Of a DNA stretch of 64,000 nucleotides, positions 43,778 to 53,788 are shown one piece after another; the first letter of the stretch is position 1; every line of letters begins with the position of its first letter. The notes below the pieces were generated by a model. That model did not search any database. It had not been told where the DNA came from and saw only the letters and a program-made list of their open reading frames with translations. The stretch spans positions 151,101-215,100 of the forward strand of contig JBKBHI010000007.1 of assembly GCA_046297835.1 (NCBI GenBank), given 5' to 3'. The position numbers and the translations under genes were made by a program. This stretch comes from Alphaproteobacteria bacterium (lineage in GTDB: Bacteria > Pseudomonadota > Alphaproteobacteria > SMXQ01).

Positions 43778-45470
43778 CGGCGCGTCCTTTCGGAGCCGAA
43801 TAGTTCACGAACATGCGCGCCTTCACGGCCGCGTCGTCGGCGTCGATCGGCGTGACGCCGAGAATCGGCGCGATGCGCGGAATGATGCGGCCCACCACGG
43901 GGGTCGTGACCCAGCCGGCGGTGATGAAGCCGTGGTTCTCCTTGATCGGCTGCGGCTCGTCGATGGCGACGAGCACGACGTAGCGCGGATCGGTCATCGG
44001 GAAAGCGCTGACGAAAGACGACAGCACGGCGCGGCGCTTGTAGCCGCCATGATCGCCGACCTTCTCGGCCGTGCCGGTCTTGCCGCCGACGAGATAGCCC
44101 GAGGCGTTGGCGTTCTTGCCCGAGCCGTTGGTGACGACCAGGCGCATCAGTTTCTGCATGTCGAGCGCGGTGCGCTGCGAGATCACCCGCGTGCCCTGCG
44201 GCGCTTCGCCGGGCGCGCGCTTGAGCAGCGTGACCGGGCGCGTGACGCCGCCGTTGGCGATGGTGACGATGCCGCTCGCCATCTGCAGCGGGCTGACGGC
44301 GATGCCGTGGCCGAAGCCGATGGTCATGGTGTTGATCTCGCGCCATTGCGCGGGCAGCATCGGCGCGCCGACCTCGGGCAGTTCGAGCGCCGGCTTGCGC
44401 AGCAGGCCGAAGCCGCCGAGGTACTTCTTCTGCGTCTCGGCGCCGGCGGCGAGCGCCATCTTGGCCGCGCCGATGTTCGACGAATAGACCAGCACTTCGG
44501 GCAGCGTGAGCGCGCGGTTCTCGCCCCGGTAGTCGGAGATGGTGAAGCGCGAGATCTTGATCGGCTTGGACGCGTCGTAGACGCTGCCCATCGTCGCCGA
44601 GCCCGAATCGAGCGCCAGCGCCGCGGTGAACAGCTTGAACATCGAGCCCTGCTCGTAAACGCCGAGCGTGTTGCGGTTGAACAGCGTCTTGGGGTCGAGG
44701 CTGGTCGGATTGTGCGGATCGAAATCGGGCAGCGACACCATGCCGAGCATCTCGCCGGTGCGGACGTCGATCACCATCCCCGAGCCGCCGATGGCGTTGA
44801 CCCGCTTCATGCCGGTCGCGATTTCCTGTCGCAGCACGTGCTGGATGCGCAGGTCGATGGAGAGCGCGAGGCCGCGGCCGCCGCCCTTCAGAACTTCGTC
44901 GAACGAGCGCTCGATGCCGGCGAGGCCGTCGTTGTCGACGCCGGTGAAGCCGACGACATGGGCGGCGAGCGGGCCTTGCGGATAGACGCGGCGCTCGTCG
45001 CGCTGGAAATAGAGGCCGGGGATGCCGAGGCGGTTGACCTCGTATTGCTGCTTCGGCGTCAGATGGCGGCGGATCCAGACGAAGCTGCGGTTGCCGGTCA
45101 TCTTGGTCTGCAGCTCGGCGAGCGACAGGTCGGGCAGCGCCGTCATCAGCTTCTGCGCCGCGTCGCGCGAATCGAGGATCTGGCGCGGGTTGGCGTAGAG
45201 CGAGGCGGTGACGAGCGAGGTGGCGAGCAGGTTGCCGTTGCGATCGACGATGTCGGCGCGCGTCGTCGGCCAAGCGTTGCGCGCCGTGGCGGCCTGGCTT
45301 TTGGGCTCCGCGCCGCCCTGGAACACGGTGATGTCGGCGAGGCGCGCGCCGATCACGGTAAAGGCGAGCAGGAACACCGCGCCGGTTAGCAGCAGGCGCG
45401 TGCGGCCCGTTTCGAGCGCCTGCTTGGTGGCGCCCTCAAGCTTTTGCGGATGTTGCTGGCCCATGCTCAT
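43761..45470 (-). CDS. ftsI: Peptidoglycan transpeptidase FtsI (PBP3)
   Basis: RADIVDRNG, SxxK (SMFK), SxN (SSN), KTG (GKTGT). Confidence 0.96.
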   Translation of the reverse strand: MSMGQQHPQKLEGATKQALETGRTRLLLTGAVFLLAFTVIGARLADITVFQGGAEPKSQAATARNAWPTTRADIVDRNGNLLATSLVTASLYANPRQILDSRDAAQKLMTALPDLSLAELQTKMTGNRSFVWIRRHLTPKQQYEVNRLGIPGLYFQRDERRVYPQGPLAAHVVGFTGVDNDGLAGIERSFDEVLKGGGRGLALSIDLRIQHVLRQEIATGMKRVNAIGGSGMVIDVRTGEMLGMVSLPDFDPHNPTSLDPKTLFNRNTLGVYEQGSMFKLFTAALALDSGSATMGSVYDASKPIKISRFTISDYRGENRALTLPEVLVYSSNIGAAKMALAAGAETQKKYLGGFGLLRKPALELPEVGAPMLPAQWREINTMTIGFGHGIAVSPLQMASGIVTIANGGVTRPVTLLKRAPGEAPQGTRVISQRTALDMQKLMRLVVTNGSGKNANASGYLVGGKTGTAEKVGDHGGYKRRAVLSSFVSAFPMTDPRYVVLVAIDEPQPIKENHGFITAGWVTTPVVGRIIPRIAPILGVTPIDADDAAVKARMFVNYSAPKGRAGASVE

Positions 45471-45964
45471 CGCGCGACGCTCGCGGGAATGACCGGCACG
45501 GCTGGAATCGCTGGCGGAATCGCCGGCTTCGCGGGAGCGACCGGCGCGGCGGCGGCCGAATAGACCGGGGCTGGCGCGGTCGCCGTCGCGGGAACGTCGG
45601 GCGACACCGGGCGGCGCGGCGGCGCGATGCGCGCGATCATGCCTTCGGTCCCGGGCAGGCGGACGCCCGGCTCGATGTCGAGGCGCTCGGGCCGCATCGG
45701 CACGGTGGCGACGGCGGCATATTGCGCGGGATTGATCGGCTTCAAATGCACGAAACGCTCGTTCAGCTCTTCGAGGCGCTGGGGCTGGTTGAGATAGCTC
45801 CACTCGGCCTCGAGCACGTGAATCTGATTTTGCTCGCGAAGCGTGGCGGCATTGAGGCGCGCGAGCTCTTCTTCGAGCGCGACGACCTCGTATTTGACCT
45901 GGAACAGCGCGTAGCCGGCGAGCGCGGCGAGCAGCAACCAGAGGAAGGTGGTGCGGCCGATCAT
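45467..45964 (-). CDS. ftsL: Cell division protein FtsL
   Basis: Short TM segment, coiled coil, [12 protein letters not shown]; Pro/Ala tail; position in dcw. Confidence 0.88.
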   Translation of the reverse strand: MIGRTTFLWLLLAALAGYALFQVKYEVVALEEELARLNAATLREQNQIHVLEAEWSYLNQPQRLEELNERFVHLKPINPAQYAAVATVPMRPERLDIEPGVRLPGTEGMIARIAPPRRPVSPDVPATATAPAPVYSAAAAPVAPAKPAIPPAIPAVPVIPASVAR

Positions 45965-47019
45965 GCGCGCGCTCCTTCCGTCTGCCAGACCGGCGCGTCG
46001 GTGCGGATCGCGCTGCGCAGGCGGGCCGAGCGCGCGCGCGGATTGCGCGCCGTCTCGTCCGCGCCGGCTTCGACCGGCTTGCGGCTGACGCCGCGGAAGC
46101 TTGGCACGGCGCCTCGTGCGCTCTCTCGGGGAAGGAGAGAGGGGAAGTGGCGCGAGGGCCGTGCCGAAGAGCCGCTGCGGGTCGCGAGGAAGGATTTGAC
46201 CCGGCGGTCTTCAAGGGAATGGAAGGAGACGACGGCGAGGCGGCCGTCGGGGCGAAGGATGCGTTCGGCGGCGGCGAGGCCGCGATCGAGTTCGCCGAGT
46301 TCGTCGTTCACGGCGATGCGCAACGCCTGGAAGGTGCGGGTGGCGGGGTCGATCGTCTCGTTGCGGCGGCCGACCTTGCGGCGCACGGCCTCGCGCACGA
46401 TCTCGGCGAGGCGGCCGGTGGTCTCGATGCGCGCCTCGGCGCGCGCGGCGACGATGGCGCGGGCGATGGCGCGCGACAGGCGCTCGTCGCCGTACTCGTA
46501 GATGACGTCGGCGAGCTCGGCTTCGGCCGTGTCGTTGACGAGATCGGCGGCGGTCGCGCCCGCGCTGGTGTCCATGCGCATGTCGAGCGGGCCGTCGGTG
46601 CGGAAGGAGAAGCCGCGCGCGGCCTGGTCGATCTGCATCGAGGACACGCCGATGTCGAGCGTCACGCCGTCCACCGCGTCCACGCCGACGGCGGCGAGCA
46701 ACTGCTCCATGTCGCCGAAGCGGCCGGGCAGCAGCGTGAGGCGCGCGCCGTAGCGCGCCGCGAGGGCCTGGCCGGCGGCGATGGCGGAGGGGTCGCGGTC
46801 GATGCCGTAAACCTTGCAGTCGCAGGCGTCGAGCAGGGCGCGGCTATAGCCGCCGGCGCCGAACGTGCCGTCGACGAACACTTCGCCGTCCTTCGGCGCG
46901 AGGGCGGCGAGGACTTCGGTCAATAGAACGGGGATATGCGGCGCAGGGGTCGCGGCGGTGTTCGCAGACAATGATCCCATGGCGCCGTCCCGGTCCTGAT
47001 CGGAGGGGGGATGGCTCAT
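45961..47019 (-). CDS. rsmH: 16S rRNA m4C1402 methyltransferase
   Basis: [65 protein letters not shown]. Confidence 0.98.
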   Translation of the reverse strand: MSHPPSDQDRDGAMGSLSANTAATPAPHIPVLLTEVLAALAPKDGEVFVDGTFGAGGYSRALLDACDCKVYGIDRDPSAIAAGQALAARYGARLTLLPGRFGDMEQLLAAVGVDAVDGVTLDIGVSSMQIDQAARGFSFRTDGPLDMRMDTSAGATAADLVNDTAEAELADVIYEYGDERLSRAIARAIVAARAEARIETTGRLAEIVREAVRRKVGRRNETIDPATRTFQALRIAVNDELGELDRGLAAAERILRPDGRLAVVSFHSLEDRRVKSFLATRSGSSARPSRHFPSLLPRESARGAVPSFRGVSRKPVEAGADETARNPRARSARLRSAIRTDAPVWQTEGARA

Positions 47020-47026
47020 GGGCGTC

Positions 47027-47521
47027 TCACCGCGAGCCTTCGGAGCCGGGAGCCGTGCCCGGCGGGGCCGCCGGACGCGGACGGACCTTCACCGTCGCGC
47101 CGCGCGCGAGCAGGCGCTCGCGCGAATTGCCGCTCTTCTTGGCGTAGGTCTCGGGCTCCCAGATCTGGAAGTGGTTGACGGCGGAGACGAACAGCGCCGT
47201 CTCGCCGATGCCGGCGTGCGCCGCGAGGGTCTGCGGCAGCATGATGCGGCCCTCGCCGTCGATCGCGAGCTGAAGCGCGTCGGCGAAGATCGTCGCCAGA
47301 TCGTCGCGTTCCTCGGAGAACTGGTCGAAATCGTCGAGGTTGGCGGCCATCTGCGCCATGTCGTCGAGCGAGAAGGCCTCGATTGCCGGCTCCTTGAAGG
47401 AGCGGAAGGCGACGATGCCGTGGACCGCCTGGCCGGCCAAGGCAGCACGGAACGGCGCCGGAACGGACACGCGGCCCTTCCGGTCGACCTTATTCGCGTA
47501 GCTGCCAAGAAATAAAGCCAC
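47027..47521 (-). CDS. mraZ: Transcriptional regulator MraZ
   Basis: F.G.....[12 protein letters not shown] and second repeat D.EGRI.LP; first gene of dcw. Confidence 0.95.
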   Translation of the reverse strand: MALFLGSYANKVDRKGRVSVPAPFRAALAGQAVHGIVAFRSFKEPAIEAFSLDDMAQMAANLDDFDQFSEERDDLATIFADALQLAIDGEGRIMLPQTLAAHAGIGETALFVSAVNHFQIWEPETYAKKSGNSRERLLARGATVKVRPRPAAPPGTAPGSEGSR

Positions 47522-47603
47522 AGGACCTTCCCCGCCCTTCGCCAGAACTTCCGGCCCCCCTCGCAGGACCGCCCACCGCCCGGGCGCAGAAACGCACGTG
47601 GTT

Positions 47604-47647
47604 TGGGATAGATTGGGATATCATGGGTCTATATGGGCGTCAATGGG
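47604..47647. promoter_or_regulatory. MraZ operator (five TGGG repeats, 10-bp period) overlapping the dcw promoter
   Basis: TGGG at 47604, 47614, 47624, 47634, 47644; minus-strand TTGACG-N17-TATCCC lies within the array. Confidence 0.8.
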
Positions 47648-47823
47648 ATCAGCTAGTAAAAGCTTGGGAATATTTGGCGTTTTCGCTTCTTGACCGGCTC
47701 CAATCCGGGAACTCGCAAGTCGAATCCGGCGCGCGCCAGTCCATGGCGCGAGGACTGGCAATCAAACTGCCAATTTGTTCTTGATACGTTCTTATCCGCG
47801 GGCGGATAAACGGCGGAAAATAT

Positions 47824-48209
<386 letters not shown>

Positions 48210-48218
48210 GCGGAATCT

Positions 48219-48959
48219 CTAGCTGATTTTCAATAGTTTATCGAGATAAGTCAGCGTCTCGTCGTCGATTTGGCCATCGACCCGCCAGGGCCGGAAATGG
48301 CGCTGAAACGCGGTCACGACCTGCTCCGTGGCGGTCCCGAACAGGCCGTCGGCGGCGATTTGATAGCCGTAAGCGGCCAATTTAGCCTGCAGATCGCGCA
48401 CCGCATCGCCGCTGGCGCCGAGCGCGAGCGTCGCCGGTCCGGGCGCCGGCTTGGCGGCGAGATCGGGCCAGACGCCGATGCCGTCGGCCGCCAGGCCGCG
48501 CCAGTCGAACAGTTCGCCCGGATCGGTTTTGCGCGCCGGCGCGGTGTCGGAATGGCCGAGCACGCCCCGGGCGGGAATCGGATGGCGCGCGAGGATGCCG
48601 CGCGCGAGCAGCGCGAAGGCGGCCATCTGCGCCGGCGGAAAGGGGCGGTAGCCGTGTTCGTGGCCGGGATTGGCCAGTTCGACGCCGATCGAGCGCGAAT
48701 TGACGTCGGTCGCGCCGCGCCACGCGCCGGCTCCGGCATGCCAGGCGCGGCGGTCTTCCGGCACCAGCCGGAAAACCTCCCCGGCCTCGTCGATCAGATA
48801 ATGGCTGCTGACCTTGGCTTCGGCGTCGCACAGGCGCACGCGCGCGCCATCCGCTGTCGGCATTCCGGTGTAATGCACGATCAGCAGTTCGACGCGGGTC
48901 CCCGGCGCGCGGTCGTCGTGGTTGGGCGACGGGCAATCTATGAAAGCGATCTCGCGCAT
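48219..48959 (-). CDS. N-acetylmuramoyl-L-alanine amidase (Amidase_2) with PG-binding domain
   Basis: VHYTG, VSSHYLI, AWHAG, SIGVEL, GHSD.AP.RK.DPG, AFQRHFRP; canonical neighbour of rnpB. Confidence 0.93.
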   Translation of the reverse strand: MREIAFIDCPSPNHDDRAPGTRVELLIVHYTGMPTADGARVRLCDAEAKVSSHYLIDEAGEVFRLVPEDRRAWHAGAGAWRGATDVNSRSIGVELANPGHEHGYRPFPPAQMAAFALLARGILARHPIPARGVLGHSDTAPARKTDPGELFDWRGLAADGIGVWPDLAAKPAPGPATLALGASGDAVRDLQAKLAAYGYQIAADGLFGTATEQVVTAFQRHFRPWRVDGQIDDETLTYLDKLLKIS

Positions 48960-49052
48960 GGGCTAGATATACCGCCGCGACGCCCCCGGCCGGAAGCGTC
49001 GTCAGCGATCACGATCGCGCGCGGACGCGTTCGCTCGCCGGTATGGGCAGGG

Positions 49053-49505
49053 TCAGGCTTTGTTCTTCAGGTAAAGCCGATGCAGCGCCTGCAGGCCCAG
49101 GCAATAGCCTTCGAGACCGGCGCCGCAGATGATCGCGCGCGCGACATGGCTGAGGTAGGACGGCGGCCGGTAGGCTTCCTTGTTGTAGATGTTGGTGATG
49201 TGAACTTCGATCACCGGCGTGCCGACCGAGCGCACGGCGGTGTGCAGCGCCAGCGAGGTGCGCGCGTAAGCGCCGGGGTTCATCACGATGCCGAGCGCCT
49301 TCTGGTAGCTCTCCTGCACCCAATCGACCAGCACGCCTTCGTGATTGGTCTGGCGGAAATCGATGTCCATGCCGAGCAGCTCGGCCTCTTCGCGGCACAT
49401 GCGCTCGCAATCGGCAAGCGTCTGATGGCCGTAGAGATGGGGCTCGCGGATGCCGAGCAGATTCATGTTGGGGCCGTTGAGCACGTAAACCAAAGGCTTC
49501 GCCAT
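49053..49505 (-). CDS. aroQ: Type II 3-dehydroquinate dehydratase (divergent)
   Basis: LNGPNMNLLGIREP..YG, F.QTNHEG.LVDW, EVHITN; non-canonical NPGAYARTS. Confidence 0.85.
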   Translation of the reverse strand: MAKPLVYVLNGPNMNLLGIREPHLYGHQTLADCERMCREEAELLGMDIDFRQTNHEGVLVDWVQESYQKALGIVMNPGAYARTSLALHTAVRSVGTPVIEVHITNIYNKEAYRPPSYLSHVARAIICGAGLEGYCLGLQALHRLYLKNKA

Positions 49506-49518
49506 GGGTCGTTCCTCT

Positions 49519-49553
49519 AAAAAAGACGCGCGGAGCCGGTTAGGGCTCCGCGC
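49519..49553 (-). terminator. Terminator between Bug gene and aroQ
   Basis: GCGCGGAGCC/GGCTCCGCGC stem then GTC and six T on the minus strand, immediately before the aroQ SD. Confidence 0.7.
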
Positions 49554-49569
49554 TATGCCTTACGAAGGT

Positions 49570-50586
49570 CTATTCCGCTTTCATGATCTTGTTGACGGTG
49601 TCGAGCACCGGCTTGGGCGTCTCGTAAAGGCGCGCGACGAGATCTTGCATCTCCGTGCCCTTGACGATGTCGATCTCAAGCTTCTGCTTGGCGGCGTCGG
49701 CGAGGAAATCGGCGTCCTTGAGCATGGCTTCGAAGGCGTCGCGCAACTGCTGCACGCGCGGCGCGGGGACGCCGGGCGGGGCGAAGAAGGGCCAAGCGAG
49801 AGCGGCGTCCGACTCGAGGAACTCGATGGCCTGGCGCGCTTCCGGCGTTTTGGCGAACTCATGCGCCATCGGCACGTTCGGCAGGTCGGGCGCCTTGGTC
49901 AGCGTGAATTGCGTCAAGAACTTGATCTTGCCGTCGCGCACCCAGTCGGGCACGCGCGCCTTGATGCTGCCCCAGGCCCAGCCGCAGAAGGCTTCTGTTT
50001 CGCCTTTCTCCATGGCGGCCGAAGTTTCGTTGCCGCCGGGATAGCCGACGACGGTCTTCCATTTGGTGCCGATCAGCGCGTTGAGCGCCTTGGGGAACAC
50101 GAAGGTGCGCGAGCCGGGGCCGGACGAGCCGACGATGGTCTCGCGGTTCATCACGTCTTCCATGCTGTTGACCGGCACGGTGTGCCAGACGACGCAGACG
50201 CTGGGCTCGGCGGCGCGCCCGCCGATATAGTGGAATTTGCGCGAGTCGAATTTCGCCTGCGGATCGCCGAGGATCGGCGCGAGGATGATGCCGCCGGTGA
50301 TCATGCCGAGACGCGTGCCGTCCTGCGCGCCGGTGTTGGCGAGCGTGTTGGCGGCGACCATGCTGCCGGCGCCGGGCATGTTCGTGACGATGAAGCCGGG
50401 CTCGCCGGCGATCTGCTTGCCGTAATGCTTGGCGTAAAGGCGCGCGGCGAGATCGTAGCCGCCGCCGGCGCTGAAGCCGACGACGATGTCGATGCGCTTG
50501 CCTTTGTAGAAGTCTTGCGCGGTTGCGGCCGTGCCGGTCAAACATAGCGCGAGCGTAGCGGCGAGCGCCGGAAATGCTTTGGCCAT
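49570..50586 (-). CDS. Bug/TctC family substrate-binding protein (4 of 6)
   Basis: Signal peptide, GFSAGGGYD, NMPGAGS, GYPGG...AMEKGE.E. Confidence 0.9.
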   Translation of the reverse strand: MAKAFPALAATLALCLTGTAATAQDFYKGKRIDIVVGFSAGGGYDLAARLYAKHYGKQIAGEPGFIVTNMPGAGSMVAANTLANTGAQDGTRLGMITGGIILAPILGDPQAKFDSRKFHYIGGRAAEPSVCVVWHTVPVNSMEDVMNRETIVGSSGPGSRTFVFPKALNALIGTKWKTVVGYPGGNETSAAMEKGETEAFCGWAWGSIKARVPDWVRDGKIKFLTQFTLTKAPDLPNVPMAHEFAKTPEARQAIEFLESDAALAWPFFAPPGVPAPRVQQLRDAFEAMLKDADFLADAAKQKLEIDIVKGTEMQDLVARLYETPKPVLDTVNKIMKAE

Positions 50587-50712
50587 AGTCGTCTCCCTGT
50601 CCGTCTTTTTTGCGCGGCCGCTTGTGCGGTCGTTTCCCGCTGTGGCGCGGAATAAGCGCTCAGATTAATACAATTTCTTTGCCGCCGTATTGCCCTGATT
50701 GGGACGAGCATG

Positions 50713-50743
50713 AAAAAGGGCGGCGTTGCTGCCGACGCCGCCC
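50713..50743 (-). terminator. Terminator between the two tandem Bug genes
   Basis: GGGCGGCGT/ACGCCGCCC stem followed by TTTTT on the minus strand. Confidence 0.7.
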
Positions 50744-50771
50744 GAGATGGTTGTAAGCTTTGTTCTTTTAT

Positions 50772-51815
50772 TTATTTGCTTGTTAGCAGGCCGACGACTT
50801 TGTCTTTCACCTCGGGGGGCTGGTCGAGCATGGCGATGATGGCGCGCTGCATGTCCTCGCCGCGCGTCAGGATCGGTTCGATGCTGGCCACTTTCTTCGT
50901 CTCGGCGACGAATTCGGGATCGGCCACCGTCTTGGCGAACGCGTCGCGCAGCGCCTCGGCGCGGTCGGCGGGAATGCCCGGCGGCGCGAAATAGGAACGC
51001 GCCAGATCGAGGATCGGATTGACCATGGTGAACAGCGGCCGATAGGCGTCGGGGATCACGTCCATCACCCACGGCACGTCGTATTTCGCCAGCGCCGGCG
51101 CTTTCTGGCCGGAGACCTGGAGCAGGATCTTGACCTTGCCCTCGTCGAGCAGCTGCTTGCCGCGTCCGCCGAGGAAGCCGATGAGGTCGCCGCCCGACGC
51201 GTGAATCTCGTTGCGCTCGATGGCGATCTCGATGTCGTTGTTGCGATAGCCGTAGATCATGTCCATGTTCAGCTTGAAGGCGTCCTTCAGCATCTCGGGC
51301 ACCAGGCCGTAGCCGGTCGAGCCGCGCGCCGTCGCGCCGAACTTGATGGGCTGCGGGCATTTGGCGAGCTGCTCGATCGTCTGGCACGGGAAGTCGGTGC
51401 GCATCCAATAGAGCACCGTCGCCGTGTAGAGGTTGGCGATCCAGGTGAACTTGTCGAGATCGAAGCGGATGTTGGGCTGCGAGATGGCGCGGCTGAACAG
51501 GCCCGAGGAGCCGGCGCCGATCGTCAAGCCGTCCTTCTCCGCCACGTTATAGATGTGGTTCGCCGCGGCGATCGATTCGGGCTGCGGCATGTTCTGCACG
51601 ATGATCGTCGGCTTGCCTTCCATGTGCTTCGGCAAGTGGCGCGCCGCGACCCGTGCGAGGATGTCGACGCCGCTCGATTCGCTGCTGCCGACGACGATGC
51701 GGAAGGTCTTGCCTTTGTAAAAGTCGGCGACGCTTTGCTGCGCGGCGGCGTCATGGGCGACGCCGAACGCGAGGCCCAGAATCGCTGCGGACAGAATTAG
51801 CCTGTATGGCTTCAT
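50772..51815 (-). CDS. Bug/TctC family substrate-binding protein (5 of 6)
   Basis: Signal peptide, GSSESSGVD (divergent), NMPQPES, AIERNEIH. ATG 51815 follows GGGAGGA. Confidence 0.85.
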   Translation of the reverse strand: MKPYRLILSAAILGLAFGVAHDAAAQQSVADFYKGKTFRIVVGSSESSGVDILARVAARHLPKHMEGKPTIIVQNMPQPESIAAANHIYNVAEKDGLTIGAGSSGLFSRAISQPNIRFDLDKFTWIANLYTATVLYWMRTDFPCQTIEQLAKCPQPIKFGATARGSTGYGLVPEMLKDAFKLNMDMIYGYRNNDIEIAIERNEIHASGGDLIGFLGGRGKQLLDEGKVKILLQVSGQKAPALAKYDVPWVMDVIPDAYRPLFTMVNPILDLARSYFAPPGIPADRAEALRDAFAKTVADPEFVAETKKVASIEPILTRGEDMQRAIIAMLDQPPEVKDKVVGLLTSK

Positions 51816-52020
51816 CGCATTCCTCCCATGTGAGCCGGCCATGCGTCTCGCCATGAGCGGGCGAGCGCCAGCCTTGTTTTTCTCTCGCGCGATCATAGGC
51901 GTTTTCGGCGCGCCGATGCCAGCGCGGCAGGCGCCGGCCTATCGCGTTTATTTCAAGACGGTTCAGGGAAAAATGAAACATGGCGGCAGGCGCGAGGCCG
52001 CCGCGTCATGCGTCGTTCGA

Positions 52021-52989
52021 TCAGTCTTCGAACAGCGCCGCCATGCCTTGGGGCGAGAGGAACATGCGCGACAGTTGGTGGCCGACGCCGGGCACGATGG
52101 CCAGCTTGTGATGATGCGGGGCGTAAAAGGCGTCCATGAAAGCGGCGAAAGCGGTGAGGCGGGCGAAACGCGTCGGCCCCTGCGCCTTGGCCGCGCAATG
52201 CTGAGACAAGTTCGGCGCGTTCGGGTCGGTGTCGGCGTCGCCGGCGAGATAAGTGACGCGCCGCGCGCGGTAGCGTTCGATTTGAGTCTTGGCGTCGTCG
52301 CGCTTCACATAGGCGTTGGGTTGATCGAGACCATAATTGTAGGCGTTGGTCTTGCAGTTCGACGGCGGCGGCACGGCGAAATCCGCCGCCTTATAAGCCG
52401 GCGCTCTGCCCGAGACGGGGCGGCGGGCGTCGAGATAGACGACGCTCGACGGATTGGCGACGACGTAGGACACCGGCGGCATCCCCGGCACGTCGCGTCG
52501 CGCCACCGCGTAGCGTTGCGCGTATTGGCCGCCGGCGGAATGGCCGGCGATCACGATCTTGGCGAGGTTGGGGTAGAGCGCGCGGTCGGCGAACGGCGCG
52601 ATGAGTTCGTCCATCACCGCGAAGGAACTGACGCGCGGATTGAAGGCCGTGGTGGACAAGTCGCCGGCGCGCCAATTGGAATTGTTGTCCCAAATCAGCT
52701 TGGTCCTATCCATGCCGGCGCGGTCGTTTTGTTCGTGAAAGAGCGGCGCGACGACCAGCGTCTCCGCGGCCTTGCCGCTGTCGGCGGCGGCGCGCAGGCC
52801 GACGCCGAAATAGTTGCGCACGTTGGCGTCGGTGCCATGGATCACCACGAGCGCGCGTTTGATCTCCGGATGCGGCGCGCGCAATGGCGCGCTGGCGTAA
52901 ACCGTCGTCGAGAGGCCGTTGACGGCGATGGACGATTGGCAGAGAGCGTAATTATATCCGCAATCGACGGCGGCGACGAAACGCGACAT
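52021..52989 (-). CDS. Alpha/beta-hydrolase-fold protein, start uncertain
   Basis: VIHG, nucleophile elbow GHSAGG, VVANPSS, G.AD, VPGVGH. Confidence 0.75.
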   Translation of the reverse strand: MSRFVAAVDCGYNYALCQSSIAVNGLSTTVYASAPLRAPHPEIKRALVVIHGTDANVRNYFGVGLRAAADSGKAAETLVVAPLFHEQNDRAGMDRTKLIWDNNSNWRAGDLSTTAFNPRVSSFAVMDELIAPFADRALYPNLAKIVIAGHSAGGQYAQRYAVARRDVPGMPPVSYVVANPSSVVYLDARRPVSGRAPAYKAADFAVPPPSNCKTNAYNYGLDQPNAYVKRDDAKTQIERYRARRVTYLAGDADTDPNAPNLSQHCAAKAQGPTRFARLTAFAAFMDAFYAPHHHKLAIVPGVGHQLSRMFLSPQGMAALFED

Positions 52990-53060
52990 GACAAGCCTCG
53001 GCGATGTGCGGTCGGCATGATATCGCGCCGGCGCGATCGCGCCAACGGCGTCGCCGACTT

Positions 53061-53618
53061 TCAATGCATCACGGTGAGCGGCGTCGCGTGGATGAAACGG
53101 CGGGGCGCGGGCGTGGCAGGATTCGCGCTCCGCTCCGGCAGGGTCAGGCGCGCTTCGGCGAGCGCGGTGGCGAGGCCGCAGGCGTAATCGGTGGCGATGC
53201 GCACTGCCGCCGGCGGCAGCCAGTCGGCAAGCAGCAGCGCCGCGTCGTGCGCGCGTTCGCGCTGCAGGCAGCCGATGGCGCAGAGCAGCCGCGCCTCGTC
53301 TTCCGTCAGGCCGTCGCAACGCGGCCGCCCCATCATGATCGGGCGCGTCGCCGCCGCTTCGAGAATGCTGATGAAAGACTGGAAACAAGCGACGCCGACG
53401 CTGCAAAGCGCGGCGGCGAGGAACCCGTCGCGCCAGTCGGCATGGCCGGCGTTAGGCTCGATCCGTCGCGCGGTCCACAGCCGCAGCGCGACCACCAATA
53501 AGGACTCGGCGGTGCGCAGATCGGTCAGCCGTGTGCCGGCCGGATAGGCGGCGAGCGGATCCAGTTCGGCGCGGTCGAAGTCGGGACGGAAATCGGGACG
53601 CGGAGAGAATTTCGGCAC
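53061..53618 (-). CDS. Hypothetical Cys-containing protein, possibly iron-regulated
   Basis: GTG start after AGGAGC; motif PRC..LT.DEA.LL..I..LQ; Fur-like box upstream. Confidence 0.7.
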   Translation of the reverse strand: MPKFSPRPDFRPDFDRAELDPLAAYPAGTRLTDLRTAESLLVVALRLWTARRIEPNAGHADWRDGFLAAALCSVGVACFQSFISILEAAATRPIMMGRPRCDGLTEDEARLLCAIGCLQRERAHDAALLLADWLPPAAVRIATDYACGLATALAEARLTLPERSANPATPAPRRFIHATPLTVMH

Positions 53619-53653
53619 GGCGCGCTCCTATCGTGAACGGGCGCACCTTAACG

Positions 53654-53680
53654 AATGCAATTGCAAATCATTATTAGAAT
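53654..53680. promoter_or_regulatory. Fur-like box
   Basis: TGCAAAT-C-ATTATTA at 53662-53676 matches 11 of 14 positions of the 7-1-7 Fur consensus TGATAAT-N-ATTATCA; overlapping TGCAATTGCA palindrome. Confidence 0.55.
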
Positions 53681-53788
53681 ATGCGCCTAGCAGCTAGACG
53701 CTTTCGAGCCGGCAGCCGACGGGGCCGGCTCAGGTGACGGCTTGCGCCTCCTGCGTCGCCTGTTCGAGCGGCGTCACGGCGCAAGCGA

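Noticed and set aside
47604-47647. CRISPR or satellite repeat
   Set aside because: 4-bp units at 10-bp period fit an MraZ operator; no 25-45 bp repeats with spacers and no cas genes anywhere in the window.
52989-53406. 461-aa version of the alpha/beta hydrolase from the ORF track
   Set aside because: The upstream part overlaps the 53061-53618 gene in another frame and looks non-coding; the real start is near 52989-53064.
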